Below are positions 8,681 through 18,135 of a stretch of DNA of 64,000 nt, one piece after another; within the stretch, counting starts at the first letter, position 1, and each line of letters begins with the position of its first letter. Both the position numbers and the translations under genes were made by a program. The notes beneath the pieces were generated by a model. It had not been told where the DNA came from. It made no database searches and saw only the letters and a list, made by a program, of their open reading frames with translations. This DNA comes from Phycisphaerae bacterium (GTDB lineage: Bacteria; Planctomycetota; Phycisphaerae; Phycisphaerales; SM1A02): assembly GCA_016845245.1 (NCBI GenBank), contig JAERSY010000133.1, positions 10 to 64,009 on the forward strand, in the 5' to 3' direction.

Positions 8681-9640
8681 TTAGTTTGCAACTGCTTGAC
8701 AAACACCGAGCGCATTTGCCATTGCTTCGCCGATGCCAGCAGGCGAATCTGAGACTGTCATCCCGCTTGCTCGCAATGATTCCATCTTTGCACTTGCGGT
8801 GTCATCAGCGCCGCCGATGATTGCTCCAGCATGACCCATCCGTTTGCCCGCTGGTGCTGTTTTGCCCGCAATGAATGCGACAACTGGTTTGTTCATATGC
8901 TCTTGTGCCCACTTGCCTGCTTCGGTTTCATCGCTTCCGCCGATTTCGCCAATCATCACAACGCCGTCTGTTTCATCATCTTGATTGAACTTGTCAAGCA
9001 ACTCAATGAAGTTCACGCCCTTGATTGGGTCGCCACCAATGCCAACACACGTAGTTTGACCGATGCCAAGTGAGCTTGTTTGCCAGACGGCTTCGTATGT
9101 GAGTGTTCCGCTTCGACTGATGATGCCAACGCTCTTACCACTTGCAGCGTCACATGGGGCAGTATGAATGTAGCCCGGCATAATGCCAATCTTGCAACCA
9201 CCCTCAAATGTTGCGTTAGGTCCTTCTCCACTCACTCGTTTGCCGGGCGTAATAATGCCAGGGCAGTTTGGTCCGATGAGTGTCACGTCTGGGTATTGTT
9301 CAAGGGTTGCCTTCACTCGCATCATGTCTGCAACAGGGATGCCCTCTGTGATTGCACAAATCACTTCGATGCCCGCTTCAGCGGCTTCAAGAATAGAGCC
9401 AGCTGCAAATGGTGGTGGCACAAAAATCATTGACGCATTCGCGCCTGTTTCTGCGATGGCTTCCTTCACTGTGTTGAAGATGGGCAATCCGTTGGCGTCT
9501 GTTTGACCGCCTTTTTTCGGTGTTACTCCACCAACCATTTGTGTGCCATAATCGAGGCATCCCTTGGTGTGAAATGCGCCCGCTGAGCCAGTAATTCCCT
9601 GACAAATGACTTTCGTTGAACCATTAACAATTATCGACAT
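8681..9640 (-). CDS. sucD: Succinyl-CoA synthetase alpha subunit
   Basis: [52 protein letters not shown] (phosphohistidine loop). Confidence 0.9.
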   Translation of the reverse strand: MSIIVNGSTKVICQGITGSAGAFHTKGCLDYGTQMVGGVTPKKGGQTDANGLPIFNTVKEAIAETGANASMIFVPPPFAAGSILEAAEAGIEVICAITEGIPVADMMRVKATLEQYPDVTLIGPNCPGIITPGKRVSGEGPNATFEGGCKIGIMPGYIHTAPCDAASGKSVGIISRSGTLTYEAVWQTSSLGIGQTTCVGIGGDPIKGVNFIELLDKFNQDDETDGVVMIGEIGGSDETEAGKWAQEHMNKPVVAFIAGKTAPAGKRMGHAGAIIGGADDTASAKMESLRASGMTVSDSPAGIGEAMANALGVCQAVAN

Positions 9641-9686
9641 TGTTTACTCCAAATATGACCGTACAGGATAACCTAAACCGCATGAT

Positions 9687-10790
9687 ATGACTACACTGAA
9701 CGTTATGTCTTCCTCAACGAAAAAGTCCTTAACGTATGCAGATACTGGTGTTGACATCAAAGCGGGTGACCAACTTGTTGGCATGATTCAGTCGATGATG
9801 AAAAACACCCATGGGCCGAGAGTCCTTGGTGAGCATGGCGGCTTTGCTGGCATGTTCCGGTTGGATTTTAATGAACGACTTTTCAAGCGAAACTACAAAG
9901 ATCCCGTCCTTGTTGCCTGTACTGACGGCGTTGGAACAAAGGTCAAACTTGCTTGTGAACTCGGCATCTACAACACGGTTGGCATCGACTGCGTTGCGAT
10001 GAATGTGAATGACATGATTGTCCAAGGTGCTGAACCACTCTTTTTCCTTGATTACCTCGGGCTTCATAAGCAAGAGCCCGCAACAACAGCTTCGATTGTG
10101 AACGGCGTTGCCAAGGGGTGTGAGATGTCGAGGTGTGCACTCATTGGCGGTGAGTGTGCTGAAATGCCAGACATCTACGAAGAAGGGGATTTTGACATTG
10201 CTGGCTTTGCTGTCGGTGTTGTCGAGCTTGAACGCGCCATTGATGCAAGCAGAGTTGAAGCCGGTGACATTGTTATTGGATTGCCGTCTTCTGGCGTGCA
10301 TTCAAATGGGTACACCCTCGCAAGAGCAGCAATTGCTGATTGTGATCTAACCAAATCGTATGAAGAACTTCAAACGACAAAAACGCTTGGTGAAGTCATG
10401 CTTGAGCCTACGCGAATATACGTCGAGCCAATTGTGAAACTGTTAAGCCAATACAAAGTGAAAAAAGTTGTTACTGGCATGGCACACATCACTGGAGGCG
10501 GACTCGCAGACAATATGCGAAGAACCATTGGCGATGATGTGGACGTCCACATTTCACTTGAAGATGTTCCTGTACCTGCAATCTTTGATTTTATTCAAAC
10601 ACGCGGAAACATTTCGCAAGAAGAAATGTACAACGTCTTTAACATGGGCATCGGATACACACTCATTGTGAGGCCTGCCTTTGCAGATTCAATTTGTGCT
10701 CACCTCAAAGATTCAGGTGAGTCGCCAATCGTGCTCGGCACAGTAAAAACGGGGAACGGCAATATTCACTTGTCTAACTTACACGGATGA
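9687..10790 (+). CDS. purM: Phosphoribosylformylglycinamidine cyclo-ligase (AIR synthetase)
   Basis: LTYADTGVDIKAGD, DGVGTKVKLA, DCVAMNVNDMIVQGAEPLFFLDY, GGECAEMP, HITGGGL. The start could instead be the ATG at 9705. Confidence 0.9.
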   Translation: MTTLNVMSSSTKKSLTYADTGVDIKAGDQLVGMIQSMMKNTHGPRVLGEHGGFAGMFRLDFNERLFKRNYKDPVLVACTDGVGTKVKLACELGIYNTVGIDCVAMNVNDMIVQGAEPLFFLDYLGLHKQEPATTASIVNGVAKGCEMSRCALIGGECAEMPDIYEEGDFDIAGFAVGVVELERAIDASRVEAGDIVIGLPSSGVHSNGYTLARAAIADCDLTKSYEELQTTKTLGEVMLEPTRIYVEPIVKLLSQYKVKKVVTGMAHITGGGLADNMRRTIGDDVDVHISLEDVPVPAIFDFIQTRGNISQEEMYNVFNMGIGYTLIVRPAFADSICAHLKDSGESPIVLGTVKTGNGNIHLSNLHG

Positions 10791-11566
10791 TTCCGCTTCT
10801 TCTTACCACACTGTTGCTCGCGCCTGTGCAATCAGAGGACACGCATGCTTCGTTTCGAGGTGGTGCATGGCTTGCGCGGCTCGGCGGAACAGTCGCCGAT
10901 GGTGGCGCACCAATCAGTTTCGAAACAAACATCGATCTCCATGACAAAGAGGCCTCGGCACTCATGGAGTTTGAGTTAGAGCCAATCGAAAAAGTTCACA
11001 TTCACTGTTCCTTTTTCGATTTTGGAACAAGTGGAAGTGGCTCATTCAACGGAAACACGACGTATGGCGGTGTTGCATTCAATGATGGCGATGCATGGAG
11101 CGCTTCAACCGATTTGCAAAGCGTTGGCATCCACGCCTCCTTTGATTGGGTTGCACCATACAAGGCAAGCAATGACATCACGCTCACCTTTGCACCTGTC
11201 GTCGGGTTTCGGTGGTTTGGCATTCACACTGAACTTGAACGAAGTGCAAGTCAAGAGCGTGTCATTCACCAAACGAGTTTCACATCACTTCAATGTGGTT
11301 TTAATCTCGCCTTTCGGTGGGAACTAGAAGATAGAGTGAGTTGGCTAGACGCAGTTTCCCTCCGCTCAGAATTTTTAGGTGGCACACTTCTTGGGAATGA
11401 TGGGGGGACTGTCTTTAGCGTGATTGCGGGCTTTAACTTTGAGTTTTCGCCATCTGTGGCAGGATATTTTGGTTACCGCTTGCAAGAACTTGATGGCGAG
11501 AACGGGGCGTATGTATTCGACGCGGGCCTTCAGGGCTTGTGTGTCGGTGGGCAGATACTCTTTTGA
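10787..11566 (+). CDS. Putative outer-membrane beta-barrel protein
   Basis: Signal peptide, alternating hydrophobic pattern, aromatic-rich strands and a C-terminal Phe (QILF). ATGA overlap with purM. Confidence 0.5.
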   Translation: MIPLLLTTLLLAPVQSEDTHASFRGGAWLARLGGTVADGGAPISFETNIDLHDKEASALMEFELEPIEKVHIHCSFFDFGTSGSGSFNGNTTYGGVAFNDGDAWSASTDLQSVGIHASFDWVAPYKASNDITLTFAPVVGFRWFGIHTELERSASQERVIHQTSFTSLQCGFNLAFRWELEDRVSWLDAVSLRSEFLGGTLLGNDGGTVFSVIAGFNFEFSPSVAGYFGYRLQELDGENGAYVFDAGLQGLCVGGQILF

Positions 11567-11598
11567 ACGAACTCGTGCATAGCAGCGTATGACTTCTC

Positions 11599-12435
11599 AT
11601 GCATAAAGCGAGATTACGAAAACTCAAGCGAGCCAAGTTTAGGCACAAACTCTTTACCACTGGGCCAAACAAGTTGACTCGGGGAAAGTTGTTTAAGAAA
11701 CACTTCGACCAATCAATTCAAGTCAACGAGTTTTCGATTCATTCGCCAAAGTGGCCTGAGTCATTCAATGGTCTTCGCATTGCGCACGTCAGCGATTTTC
11801 ATCTTGGCGATCTCATGCCACTTGAGAGAGCGCTTGACATCGTCGCGTTGATTGAAAAACAAGAACCAGACCTCATCGCATGCACTGGTGATATTGTCGA
11901 TCTTCATCCATGCCACGTTCGCGAGCTCATGGACGCCCTTGCAAGTGTGCCAACCACGTACGGAACGTACGCCGTACTTGGTAATCATGATGAACTTGAC
12001 AGACCGCAAGCAATTGTTGATGCGGGTTTGGATGCGGGCATCCACGTCTTGCAAGACGCAACATGCACCATCCATCGCGGAGAAGAGGTGTTGCGAATCG
12101 CTGGCATTGGCTGGGCAAAAACTGAAAAGCAGTGTGAACAAAAAGTTGAACACACATGCACCAATGAAACGCATCTATTGTTGTCCCACAACCCAAAGGC
12201 GTTTGGCGCTGCACAAGCACATTCCATTCCACTCACGCTTTCTGGTCACACGCATGGCGGGCAAATTGCATTGCCAAAGAAAAAACGAATCAATCTTGCT
12301 GCTGCGCATAAATACACAGAAGGGCTTTATCAATCTGGAAGTTCGAACTTGTTTGTCACCGTCGGCGTTGGTGCTTGGTTCCCGCTACGCATCAATTGCC
12401 CCGCAGAAATCGCAATGCTTACTGTGCAATCTTAG
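11599..12435 (+). CDS. Metallophosphoesterase (YaeI/YkuE-like)
   Basis: Calcineurin-like motifs are present in order: HVSDFHLG, TGDIVD, GNHD, SGHTHGGQ. Confidence 0.8.
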   Translation: MHKARLRKLKRAKFRHKLFTTGPNKLTRGKLFKKHFDQSIQVNEFSIHSPKWPESFNGLRIAHVSDFHLGDLMPLERALDIVALIEKQEPDLIACTGDIVDLHPCHVRELMDALASVPTTYGTYAVLGNHDELDRPQAIVDAGLDAGIHVLQDATCTIHRGEEVLRIAGIGWAKTEKQCEQKVEHTCTNETHLLLSHNPKAFGAAQAHSIPLTLSGHTHGGQIALPKKKRINLAAAHKYTEGLYQSGSSNLFVTVGVGAWFPLRINCPAEIAMLTVQS

Positions 12436-13024
12436 ATGCAATAATCCGAAGGGCGTGCCCACGGTGAGAACGACTGTGTTTTTCATCTGAACTCATCTCA
12501 GCACTTGTTTTGCCAGCGTCTGGCACATAAAAGAGTGGGTCATACCCAAAGCCATTTGTCCCAGATGGCGCATGTGCAATCACGCCTTCAAATGCACCCT
12601 CAGACTGCGCAACGATTCCGCCGTTTGGCTCAGCAAGACACATTGCGCAGATAAAACGCGCTGTTCGCTTTTCCGCAGATACGCCTTCAAGTTTTTCAAG
12701 CAACAGCGTGTTGTTTGCCTCGTCCCGCGCTTCTCTTGTGTTGCCGACGCCTGCAAAACGCGCTGAATGAACGCCCGGTTTTCCTTCAAGTGCATCCACA
12801 ACAAGGCCAGAGTCATCTGCAAGGCAACGAACTTGTGTCATTCTTGCGTAACCCCGCGCTTTAAGTTCGGCGTTACCCATGAATGTGTCGGCGTCTTCAA
12901 CCGGTTCTTCAAACTCCGTATCGAATGCGTCTAATCCAATCACGGTAAACCCAAGGGGTTCTAAGATGGCTCTCACTTCGATGAGTTTATGTGGATTCGA
13001 TGTCGCGAGAAGAATCTCCATCAC
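12419..13024 (-). CDS. rdgB: Non-canonical purine NTP pyrophosphatase (RdgB/HAM1 family)
   Basis: ILLATSNPHKLIEV, DDSGLVVDAL.GKPGVHSARF, GTNGFGYDPLF. Confidence 0.85.
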   Translation of the reverse strand: MMEILLATSNPHKLIEVRAILEPLGFTVIGLDAFDTEFEEPVEDADTFMGNAELKARGYARMTQVRCLADDSGLVVDALEGKPGVHSARFAGVGNTREARDEANNTLLLEKLEGVSAEKRTARFICAMCLAEPNGGIVAQSEGAFEGVIAHAPSGTNGFGYDPLFYVPDAGKTSAEMSSDEKHSRSHRGHALRIIASKIAQ

Positions 13025-13380
13025 GACTGGCTCGGCACATCACCGAATGTTGCTGTCACAACACTTCTAATGCCGCCGCGACCCTTCCACACGGTTTTAA
13101 TTTGAAGCCATGTTGGATTCATGCATTGAACAAGGTCATCACGAATTTGATTTGTGACTGCTTCGTAAAAAATGCCTTCATTTCGAAAAGATTGGTAGTA
13201 GAGCTTTAAACTCTTCAGTTCAACGCAGGTTTCCGCTGGCTGATACAACAGTTCAATCGAGCCGAAATCAGGATGACCCGTAACAGGACAGACTGAGGTG
13301 AACTCGTCACTGATGTGTTCAATCGTAAATGGTGTTTTTGATGGTGTGGGGAACACCTCTAGCAATAATGAATCAGGCAT
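13021..13380 (-). CDS. queF: NADPH-dependent 7-cyano-7-deazaguanine (preQ0) reductase, type I
   Basis: EFTSVCPVTGHPDFGSI (catalytic Cys plus QueF motif), ELKSLKLYYQSFRNEGIFYE. Confidence 0.85.
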   Translation of the reverse strand: MPDSLLLEVFPTPSKTPFTIEHISDEFTSVCPVTGHPDFGSIELLYQPAETCVELKSLKLYYQSFRNEGIFYEAVTNQIRDDLVQCMNPTWLQIKTVWKGRGGIRSVVTATFGDVPSQS

Positions 13381-13415
13381 TCCGGCATTGTATTCGACTT
13401 TACGCCTTGATGACT

Positions 13416-14423
13416 CTACAGCCCATACCGCAAGACAAGCGTAATCACCTTGGGTTGGTCTGGCTGAATGCCTAGCGAGCGCCTAAACGCTGTGCGAGAT
13501 GAGTGATATGCACTGACATCTTTGCGATCACTTAACAACCATTTGTTGAGCTCATTCACACCAATCCCGTTCAGCGAACGCCAATTCATGTCGTCGTACT
13601 CAACAGACATTCGATATGCGGAAAGCGACGCGTCGTAGTCACCCAATCTGAACTCAGCCCAGCCAAGTCGCTCATAGGAATCTGTTGTTGGGTCAATAAG
13701 AACCAATTGTTCTGTTGTGTTGACGACCTCTTGATATCGCTTTTGTTGAACAAGCAAGTAAATAATGTTCCGCATGAGCTGTGGCGATGGTTCACTCATC
13801 AGTTCAGATGCTGCAATGTAGGCATCAAGTGCCATCTCGGTTTTTCCGAGCAATTGATACGTCGCAGCGAGCGTCATCTGCGCGCCTGCTGATTCACCGC
13901 CGAGTTCTGCGGCGCGCTGCGCAAACACAAGCGCCGATTGTGGCCTGCCCATTTGTAAATACGTAGTTGAGATATTGATGTTTGCCCCAAGGTCGTCGGG
14001 GTTAATCGTGAGCGCCTTGTGATACGCTCGAACTGCATCAACAAATCGCTTGAGCATTTGGAGGGACACTCCGTGACCGAACTGCGCATCAAAGTTTCTT
14101 GGTTCTAACTTCGCAGCTCGCGCAAATGCTGGCTCGGCATTTGTCCAATCTTTTTGCGTGAGGTAGATGTCGCCCATGCCGACATATGCGTCTGTCGCCA
14201 CAGGATTCGTTTCTAGCACTTCCTTAAAGAGTTTGAGCGCTTCTTCATAATCTCCATGCTCGCTGGCAATATTGGCAGCATCAATCGAAACTTCTTCTTC
14301 AACTGTCAGTTCTAAGACTTCAAGAGGGGGCTGCCCAGTTGGAGCAGACACTTTTGGTGCTGAAGAACAACTGAAGAGTGCCAACAGCGTACATATGGAA
14401 CATAAAAGTCTAACTAGAAGCAT
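13416..14423 (-). CDS. TPR-repeat lipoprotein
   Basis: Lipobox (LFSCSS) followed by repeated about 34-aa TPR-like units (A..Y..AL.L.P.N). Confidence 0.7.
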   Translation of the reverse strand: MLLVRLLCSICTLLALFSCSSAPKVSAPTGQPPLEVLELTVEEEVSIDAANIASEHGDYEEALKLFKEVLETNPVATDAYVGMGDIYLTQKDWTNAEPAFARAAKLEPRNFDAQFGHGVSLQMLKRFVDAVRAYHKALTINPDDLGANINISTTYLQMGRPQSALVFAQRAAELGGESAGAQMTLAATYQLLGKTEMALDAYIAASELMSEPSPQLMRNIIYLLVQQKRYQEVVNTTEQLVLIDPTTDSYERLGWAEFRLGDYDASLSAYRMSVEYDDMNWRSLNGIGVNELNKWLLSDRKDVSAYHSSRTAFRRSLGIQPDQPKVITLVLRYGL

Positions 14424-14448
14424 GGTATTACCGCGAGATGATTGGATT

Positions 14449-15375
14449 CTATCGGTTTTTAAGGGCGGTATTCGCCATTCTGCGTAGCTTTGCGATATTC
14501 ACGCTATCCATCGGCTTACCTTTTTCATTCTCTTCCTTGGACGTTTCGAGAATTTTTGGGACATCATCAAACAGTTCATTTTCAAGAATCGCCCGAAAGC
14601 ACGAAAGTCCGCACGTCCCTTCACCAATATGAGCGTGCCTGTCTAGGCGAGAACCTACCTCGCCAATGGAATCATTGAAGTGAAAGACATCGATATCTCG
14701 TAATCCCGCACACTCGTCAAATGCTTCAAGGACCGCTCGCGCCTTCGCGATTGTCGTCATGTCATAGCCACTTGCAGTGACGTGGCATGTATCAAAACAA
14801 AAACCGATTCGTTCGGGTTCTTTCACTCTCTCTTTGATCCACCCAAGATGCGCAAAGTCGTAGCCAAGATTCGTTCCCGACCCAACCGTCGTTTCAAGGC
14901 ACGTTCGTGTCTTGTACCCCTTGAGTGCATCATGAATTGAATCGAGTGACTTCACAATTCTTGCAAGTCCACGCTCTTCTTCTTTGGATGGCCCGCCACC
15001 AAGAACGTTTGGCTCACCTCGTTTTCGTGGGGTGCCTAGACGCGCGCCGGGGTGGGCGACACAGAAGGGAATTGATAACGCTTCACACCGTTCGAGTTCA
15101 ATGCGTTGGAGCGTGTTTGATTTTTTTCGTGCCCCAGCGTCTGGCGATGCCATGTTGATGAGGTAAGAGTTATGGCTGACGACTCGGTTGGTATTTAGCC
15201 AACCGAGCCGCTTTAGTGTTGTAAGCCATATCTGCTCTTCTTCACTTGTCAGTGGTTTTACATTCCACTGGCGCTGGTTCTTGGTAAACACCTGCACGCA
15301 ATCCATCTTGAGCGCTTCGGCGTCATTCAGCGCGTGCTCCATGCCGCCTGCGATGGATAAGTGTGAACCAAACAA
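14449..15375 (-). CDS. nfo: Endonuclease IV (AP endonuclease), with a C-terminal extension
   Basis: FGSHLSIAGG, VQVFTKNQRQW, VAHPG, CLETT, FCFDTCH, FHFNDS, DRHAHIGEG. Confidence 0.85.
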   Translation of the reverse strand: MFGSHLSIAGGMEHALNDAEALKMDCVQVFTKNQRQWNVKPLTSEEEQIWLTTLKRLGWLNTNRVVSHNSYLINMASPDAGARKKSNTLQRIELERCEALSIPFCVAHPGARLGTPRKRGEPNVLGGGPSKEEERGLARIVKSLDSIHDALKGYKTRTCLETTVGSGTNLGYDFAHLGWIKERVKEPERIGFCFDTCHVTASGYDMTTIAKARAVLEAFDECAGLRDIDVFHFNDSIGEVGSRLDRHAHIGEGTCGLSCFRAILENELFDDVPKILETSKEENEKGKPMDSVNIAKLRRMANTALKNR

Positions 15376-15384
15376 GAAGAGAAA

Positions 15385-15873
15385 TTATTCCGCTGTTGAA
15401 AGTCGCCTGTCAAAGTTGATGAGCGCTGCTGTGTCATTACTTACAAGTTGAATGCGAGCAAGATTGTCACGAGCGTTGACTTCTTCTTCAACTTGTTCAG
15501 TAATGAACCACTGGAACGCAACTTCGACGTGCCATGCGGATTCTTCACGAGCGAGTTTAAAGATTTCATTAATCTGACTCGTCACTTTTTGTTCGTGCTC
15601 AAGCGCGCCAGCAAAAATTTCTTCTGCACTTTTAAAATCAGTTTTTGGATTTGGAGGACTCTTCAACTCAATAGGCAAATCCCATTCGTTCATGAGCGAA
15701 ACGATTTTCATCGCGTGTTCATGTTCTTCTGCTGCTTGGTTTCTAAACCAAGTGGACATGCCGTGAAGGTTTTCGCCTTCAAACCAAAATGACATTGCTA
15801 AATACTGCATTTCTGCACCCAACTCATTAGTGATTTGGGCATTCAGTAATGCTTGTAATTGTGAACTAACCAT
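15385..15873 (-). CDS. Ferritin (non-haem, bacterial type)
   Basis: 162 aa with ferroxidase-centre pattern E..Y (ELGAEMQYLAMS), EEHEHAMK and LEHEQKVT. Confidence 0.8.
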   Translation of the reverse strand: MVSSQLQALLNAQITNELGAEMQYLAMSFWFEGENLHGMSTWFRNQAAEEHEHAMKIVSLMNEWDLPIELKSPPNPKTDFKSAEEIFAGALEHEQKVTSQINEIFKLAREESAWHVEVAFQWFITEQVEEEVNARDNLARIQLVSNDTAALINFDRRLSTAE

Positions 15874-15883
15874 AATGTCTTCC

Positions 15884-17845
15884 TTATGTGGCTGCGACTC
15901 CGAGAAGCGATGCAGCCGTCTGAGTGATGTCAGTGTAATGAAGCCCGCACATTTTCAGAATTGATTCTGGTGAGCGTGCTGACTTTGGAATACGTCTGAC
16001 ATGCAACTGTTTAATTACAAATGCGTCGCCTGATGCTGTACATGCATCGGCAACCGCTGAACCCATCGAAGCACCGTAGTTGTCTTCGACGACCAATATG
16101 TTGCCGTTATTTTCGTTCGCGATATCTAACAATCGCTCTTCGTCAAACGGAAGGCTATACAAGTCGAGCAGCGTCGCATCAACGCCCATGCGGTCGAGTT
16201 CATCGATTGCTTTGTTGCATTCGTGAATCATGTAACCCGCAGAGACAATCAGTACATCTCGACCTTGAGTCAGTACTTCCATGCCGCCAAGCTCAAACTT
16301 GGTATTTTCGTCATAAATCATTTCCACTTCAGGCCTGAACGTTCTCAGATAACTGCACCCGTTGTGTTCTGCCATGGCAACTGTCAATCCATATGCTGCA
16401 TACGCATCTGCTGGTTGCAACACGTAAAAACCTGGATTGCCATGATGGTCAGTCATGGTGCCGAAACTTCTAAACCATGCAATGTCTGGCAGTGACATTT
16501 GGCTTGGTCCGTCTGCCGCAAGAGAAATACCACTGTGGGAACCAACAATTTTCATGTTCGCTCCAGAATTCAGTGCCATTTCAATTTGATCGTAACCCCG
16601 AGTAATAAACTTTGAGAATGTAGAGCAGAATGGAATTTTTCCAGCTGCACTTAAGCCCGCACCAACTGAGTACATGTTTTGTTCTGCAATCTTGCATTCT
16701 ACAAATCTGTCTTCAAGTGTTTCATCGTCACCAAACGCATTACTAAATGTTGAGTTGCTGACGTCGGCGTCAACTGCCCACACGTCGTTATTGGTGTAGC
16801 CAAGTGCGCGAAGTGCAACGCCGTACGCTTTGCGTGTTGCCATTTTTCCAGATTGAAGCACAGTGAGTTGGTCCCACTTCTTCATCGCTTCTCTGAATGT
16901 CATTGGGGTGTCTGCTGCTGCTGCGCCGCTTCCAGCTTCAGGTGGTGCTGGAATTGAAATTGTGTTTGTTGTGAGTGACGATGTCAATTGAAGCGCTGTT
17001 TGTCTTAGTTCAGCAAGAATCTCCTCAACTTTGTCTTTGCCTGCTGGCTTTCCATGCCAGTTGCCATTCTGCATCGTTGGTGAACCCCAACCCTTCACAG
17101 TTTTTGCAACAACTGCCATTGGTGTTGTTGGATTGCCTTGTGAAAATGCGTCAAAGGCCTCTTTAATCTCGGTTGGGTTGTGGCCATCAATCAATCGAAC
17201 TTCATAGCCCGATGCTTTGAGTTTTGCAGCAATCGTTTCAGCAGACTGTTGTTCACTCACAGCACCTGCTTGTCCAAACGCGTTACAGTTAAAGATTGGA
17301 AGCACGTTCGTTAGATTGTGATCCATGATGAAGTCAAGCGCTTCAGTAATCTGACCTTCTCGTGCTTCGCCATCACCAATCAAACAATAGACTAGTCGTC
17401 CTGTGTTGTCGGCTCGTGCTGCAAGACCAAGTCCAGCAGCAACTGAAAGTCCTTGACCAAGTGAGCCAGTTGCAGCATCGAAAAATGCAACGCCTTCCAT
17501 CGGGTTTGGATGACCATCAAGTGGTGAATCATCTTCTCGCAGTGTCGCAAGATGCTCACGGTTGAGTTGAACTGGTTCGCCATTCCAATCAACAGTTGCT
17601 CCGATGTCAGCCATTGCCGCGTAGACAGCTGGAACTGCATGACCCTCAGACAGTACGAACCTGTCAGCGGTCGGGCAGTTTGGATTGTCTGGGAGCCACC
17701 GCATCGTGTGGTACATCAATACAGAAACGATGTGACCAATGCTCATTGCGGAAGTTGGGTGCCCGCTGCCAGATTCTGCACACATCTCGAGTGACATGGT
17801 GTCAAGGTGAATCGCGCGGGCGTGAATAGCTTGTTCAAACGACAT
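15884..17845 (-). CDS. tkt: Transketolase
   Basis: SGHPTSAMS, LSEGHA, GSLGQGLS, IGDGEAREGQ and the C-terminal pyrimidine-binding and transketolase_C regions. The ATG at 17845 is preceded by GGAAGGA, so I prefer it to the GTG at 17869. Confidence 0.85.
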   Translation of the reverse strand: MSFEQAIHARAIHLDTMSLEMCAESGSGHPTSAMSIGHIVSVLMYHTMRWLPDNPNCPTADRFVLSEGHAVPAVYAAMADIGATVDWNGEPVQLNREHLATLREDDSPLDGHPNPMEGVAFFDAATGSLGQGLSVAAGLGLAARADNTGRLVYCLIGDGEAREGQITEALDFIMDHNLTNVLPIFNCNAFGQAGAVSEQQSAETIAAKLKASGYEVRLIDGHNPTEIKEAFDAFSQGNPTTPMAVVAKTVKGWGSPTMQNGNWHGKPAGKDKVEEILAELRQTALQLTSSLTTNTISIPAPPEAGSGAAAADTPMTFREAMKKWDQLTVLQSGKMATRKAYGVALRALGYTNNDVWAVDADVSNSTFSNAFGDDETLEDRFVECKIAEQNMYSVGAGLSAAGKIPFCSTFSKFITRGYDQIEMALNSGANMKIVGSHSGISLAADGPSQMSLPDIAWFRSFGTMTDHHGNPGFYVLQPADAYAAYGLTVAMAEHNGCSYLRTFRPEVEMIYDENTKFELGGMEVLTQGRDVLIVSAGYMIHECNKAIDELDRMGVDATLLDLYSLPFDEERLLDIANENNGNILVVEDNYGASMGSAVADACTASGDAFVIKQLHVRRIPKSARSPESILKMCGLHYTDITQTAASLLGVAAT

Positions 17846-17911
17846 GAAGGATCCTTCCAAGGGGTGCACCGGCGTACCGAAGGGTACTTGGGGGGGTGCT
17901 GTATTGATTGT

Positions 17912-17920
17912 TTATCCACA
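17912..17920 (+). promoter_or_regulatory. Perfect consensus DnaA box (TTATCCACA) upstream of dnaN
   Basis: Exact 9-mer match, about 215 nt upstream of the preferred dnaN start. I saw only one box in this intergenic region. Confidence 0.4.
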
Positions 17921-18135
17921 AAAAAGTGAGGAATTCTAATGGTTTAGGGCTTCATTATCTCATGGAGCAGTTGGTCAAGCAATGCCAAATCCATAGGAAA
18001 TCCGGAATGAAGATGAGAATCTCCCCATGTCTTGGTACACTCAACACTGAAGTGGTGGAAGAATGGCGCCTAGCGTCACTTACGAACAGAATAGAGATAG
18101 AGAGCATAGCGATGGCAGTAAAGGAAATGACAAAT

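Noticed and set aside
8647-8715. Upstream ATG start for yggS that overlaps the sucD 3' end
   Set aside because: An in-frame TTG at 8646 has a strong AAGGAGG upstream and matches the usual YggS N-terminus, which removes the 35-nt overlap.
11852-12490. 212-aa alternative-frame ORF inside the metallophosphoesterase gene
   Set aside because: The other frame carries all four calcineurin-like metal-binding motifs in order. This one has none and is rich in Cys, Arg and Ser.
17912-17920. Calling the dnaN upstream region the replication origin
   Set aside because: There is a single DnaA box, no cluster, no obvious DNA-unwinding-element repeats, and no strand-bias switch visible in gene orientation. 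This is insufficient for an oriC call.
17908-18135. 76-aa N-terminal extension of dnaN in the ORF track
   Set aside because: Homology to sliding clamps starts at MKAVCDRD. The ATG at 18136 has an AAGGAA ribosome-binding site. The extension would swallow the intergenic region that contains the DnaA box.
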